Source of the DNA: Leucoraja ocellata
Lineage: Eukaryota
DNA length: 64,000 nt
Reading direction: 5' to 3'
Assembly (NCBI GenBank): GCA_036785375.1
Contig: JAWMAR010000034.1
Location: 10,602,001 to 10,666,000 of the forward strand
The translations under genes and the position numbers were made by a program. Under the pieces are notes generated by a model. It did not search any database and was not told the origin of the DNA. It saw nothing but the letters and a program-made list of their open reading frames with translations. Each line of letters opens with the position of its first letter. Within the stretch, counting starts at the first letter, position 1. Shown here piece by piece: positions 60,600 to 64,000 of this stretch.

Positions 60600-61483
60600 G
60601 TAAGTTTTCTTTATGTTCTTAAGGCATGAAGTGCCACAGGATGTTTTCTGTGCACAATTCCTCAATGTGGTTTACAATCCTGTTCCTAAGTTCAGCAGCA
60701 TTTGTTACTGCATGATACACCGCATGTCCAAAGCTGCTCTGGCATTTGTCAATGAAGATGTAAATAATTAATGTAGAAATGTCACTTTGTTTTTGGTTCC
60801 TTTGGATAGTTCTTATCTACACAAGCAGACCGGATTTAGATTGCTATTGTGAAAGGAAATACTGCAAAATGCAAACATTTAAATTGAGAATTATTCTTCT
60901 AAATTTGAAATGTTGTAAATATTTTTTTGTGTTGCTGATTTATAAATGAAATTAAGAATTTAAACTTGTAAATGAGTTATGATACATGAACATTAGTTCA
61001 CGTTAAGTGCAGAGGCCCCATTTGAAAGAAATGGTCTGAATTTGGAGATGGAACACCGTATCCCTTATTTCCAGTCCTGTGATCTCTATCAGATCTGTGG
61101 GAGTAGTACGTTGTTGCAAAATTGTCCTCAATTGCTTAATTCTTTATCATCACTTCTGTCAATTTTTTAAAAAGATTTTAGTCATGGAAAATAAATCTGG
61201 AATAAGAGTTGAAGGGGTGTGGGACTTTTAAGTTTGGTATCAACTATCATCTGCCTCATGAATTGGTTCACCATTTTCCACTATTTTCAACCTAGTAGAG
61301 TTGGTTATGTTGGACTTTAAGAATTCACCTTAATTGATGAACTATAAAACATTTCAAATATGAGTTGAAAGAAATTAAAGTTAGCTCTTTTATTTCATTG
61401 TTGGCTAACACTGATTCTGGCCTGCTTTGATTTTCTCTCACATGTGCTTCTGATAACTGTTGTCATGTTATGTACATTTACAG

Positions 61484-61644
61484 GTGCTCAAGGGTCTACT
61501 GGAGCACAACTGATGCTAGGAAGCGATGTGTGTACACCTGCAAGATCCTGGAACATAGACCTCCTCCTGTGGCCGCAGAAGAAAACAGCACTTTAGAGCA
61601 CAGTGAAAACAGAACCGTTGTACACAGTCCGCACAGTCCAGCAG
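61484..61644 (+). CDS. KMT2A: KMT2A exon 25 (FYRN)
   Basis: CSRVYWSTTDARKRCVYTCKILEHRPP...ENRTVVHSP; 161 nt. Confidence 0.96.
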
Positions 61645-61794
61645 GTACACAAATGGTGCAAGCAGAGAACATTGTGTGTAGGAAAGAACATAGTTAGGAT
61701 ATGATGTATGCTGTAACCACACTCGGTAGGATCTCAGAGCCTAGAAGGAAAATATTCTTTGATAACTGACCTGGAATGTATCACTACGATAGAC

Positions 61795-61888
61795 CAATCT
61801 AAAGCAGGGTTCCAACCCGAAACGTCAACTATTCCTTTTCTCCAGAGATGCTGCCTGATCTGCTGAGTTGCTCCAGCATTTTGTGTCG
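61795..61888 (+). mobile_element. Penelope-like pLTR repeat (core mutated)
   Basis: CTAAAGCAGGGTTCCAACCCGAAACGTCAAC...CCAGAGATGCTGCCTGATCTGCTGAGTTGCTCCAGC. Confidence 0.72.
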
Positions 61889-62924
61889 AAGTATGGTAGC
61901 TCATCCGTTTCCTGTTTCAGAGTAATGGTTGCAATGTGCTCTCTGCAACTCTGTAATCTCTTTATTTATTCCTGGCTGAGATGGGCCATCTTTCCTCTTG
62001 TACGTGCTGCTCCAAGCCCTCTTGTCTTTGCTCACTGGGGAAATGTGACCTACCCTTGTGATTATTGATAACTCCAGCATTATAGGTAGCTCTGCCCAGA
62101 AAGATAAACTTTCCTCAAGCTCTCAGGAGAAGGCTAAATACTTGAATACCCATTGTTATAAAGGAATGGGGAAAGAAAAATAGATGCTTTCGGCAAGGTA
62201 GAGTTTATTTTAATTGTGCCCTTGGAATCTGAATAGCATCAAGTTACTTTGCATTGTTGATTAAATAATTTCCAAATGCATTCAATTGTCAAAAGGTATG
62301 CACTACTGACTACTTTTAATGCTTGTACCTTGTGTTTGTCTCAACCAGGAACCTCCTTCAGGTTCTTTCATTGTTCTGAGCTAGTCCGTACAGGCAGACT
62401 TTATTTGTAAATTGTATTTTCTTGGAACATATGGGTAGTTCATTGAGTCAGTGATTGTTTTCAGAGCAGTCCTATTTGTCCAATCTCCCGACTTATTTCC
62501 ATATAGCCTATTCTCTCTCATGTGCCCATTAACTCCATTGTGATTCTCCCACCACCCACCTGCACCAGCACACAAGCCAACCATCACATCTCTGGGATGT
62601 GGGAGGAAGCTGGAGCAACTGGGGAATCTCTTTCAATCACAGGGAGAATATGTAAACTCTAAATTGACAGCACCCAGAGTAGGGATTGAATCCAAATCGC
62701 TGTGCCATTTGTCAGCAGTACTACTGCGCAGCCTTGTGCTGATTTATGTAGAGATTCAGAGAGTGAATGCAGAGCACCCAGCTCGGAATATAACATTTTC
62801 CAGTTTAATGACAGTCAAAATGTGATGGAGAGTTTGATTTTGTAGATGGAAGTGGTGGAGCCACTGCCTCACTGCAAGTCTTTATACTTGAGAGATACAG
62901 TGTGGAAATGCCCTTTGGCCTACC

Positions 62925-63178
62925 GTCTGCACTGTAACCTAACACTATCCGAAACAGTAGGAACAATGTACATTTCCAGCAGCCCATTAACTTACAAAAC
63001 TGCACGTGTTTGAAAAAAAGAAAACCTGAAAACCAGTGGGGAACAAAACAGAGCACCCGGAGAAAACCCACGCAGTCACAGGGGGGGCGTGCAAACTCCA
63101 TGTAAACTGCACCCACAGTTATGATCAAACACCCGTCTCTGGCGCTGTAAGGCAGCAGCTCTACCACTGTGCCGCCAA
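62925..63178 (-). mobile_element. HE1/V-SINE
   Basis: Minus strand GGCGGCACAGTGGTAGAGCTGCTGCCTTACAGCGCCAGAGAC...GGAGTTTGCACG...GTGGGTTTTCTCCGGGTGCTC; an older minus copy lies at about 62560-62740. Confidence 0.85.
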
Positions 63179-63194
63179 AACTTTAAACAGTGTC

Positions 63195-63460
63195 TGGTTT
63201 CAGTCCTGACCTGAGATACGGTTTGTCTTCCTGTGACCGTCTGCTTTTACCCCCAATGCTTTGGATTCCTTACGTGTCCTCTAAACCATGCCAGGTGGTA
63301 GGTTAATTGCCCCCCATGGCTCGATGAGTGGCAGAAACTGGGGAGTTGATGGGAGCGTGTGCAGAACAGAATAGGATGCATGTAGGATTGTAAATGGGTG
63401 CTTGATGATAGCCCTGGACATGATGGGCTGAATGGCCTGTTTCTGGATTGTACGACTATG
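63195..63460 (+). mobile_element. HE1/V-SINE, diverged
   Basis: CCTGTGACCG...GGTAGGTTAATTG...GATGGGCTGAATGGCCTGTTTCTG. Confidence 0.65.
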
Positions 63461-63708
63461 ATGCTTCCTGTCTGTCCATTGAAACCCCCATTGTTTATGT
63501 TCACGAGTGTGGCTAGTATAGGAAAATTTAGATCTGTACCTCTTTGAAGTATAGTCAGTTGTAATGTAATGAGATATCTATCTTAGCGGGAGGATTTTGA
63601 CCATTCATGGACTGTGCAGCGAGATGGCTTTATTGCTATGGTACTAACATGAAGTATCCCACTTCCATTGGTCAAATGCTAACAATTAACTTGGTTTCTC
63701 CTTGACAG

Positions 63709-63888
63709 AAATTGACACAACAGAGAATCAAAACACAGGTTTATCTGAAATACCAGATCATCATCCAGCCTCACATGCTCCTGGGCCAATACCTCCAAGA
63801 TCGCAGCCTGGAAGCAGAACTCAGATATCTAGTTTTTCCCCGTCACGTCGAATCACAAACACAGGATCAAGACCACTTCCATCACCAG
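63709..63888 (+). CDS. KMT2A: KMT2A exon 26
   Basis: TTGACAG acceptor, CCAG|GTAACC donor; ends GSRPLPSP; 180 nt, phase 1->1. Confidence 0.9.
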
Positions 63889-64000
63889 GTAACCATGTTG
63901 CATTCCACACACAGGTCATTCGGGAACAAGGAAGCGGGAGTTGGCTATTGATCCCGTCAAGCCTGCCTCGCTATCCAATATGATCATGGCTGATCTGACC

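Noticed and set aside
14459-63708. U12-type introns or intronic snoRNAs
   Set aside because: No donor matches GTATCCTT/ATATCCTT, and no convincing C/D or H/ACA box arrangement was seen by eye.

Overview
Eukaryotic genomic DNA from a cartilaginous fish, probably a skate or ray (inferred from HE1-type V-SINEs, HER1/CR1 LINE tails and Deu-domain SINEs). The window lies entirely inside the KMT2A (MLL1) histone H3K4 methyltransferase gene on the + strand. It holds the 3' part of intron 1 and coding exons 2-26 (human numbering, recalled), all GT-AG and phase-consistent. These exons encode the AT-hooks, SNL motifs, CXXC, PHD1-3, bromodomain, HCF1-binding motif, ePHD4 and FYRN. Exon 1 and the exon 27-SET region lie outside the window. 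Introns are full of CR1, Rex1/Babar, Penelope-like, SINE, Tc1 and hAT remnants. Two observations stand out. (1) A 139-bp retroposed element at 10579-10717 (-) has a perfect 12-bp TSD and an (AAG)n tail, and its 5' end is exactly G1 of a compact CPEB3/HDV-like ribozyme fold, i.e. a ribozyme-headed SINE-like element. (2) A dispersed Penelope-linked repeat carries minimal hammerhead motifs, three of them with intact cores on the KMT2A sense strand. No searches or folding programs were run; family names and human comparisons come from memory.
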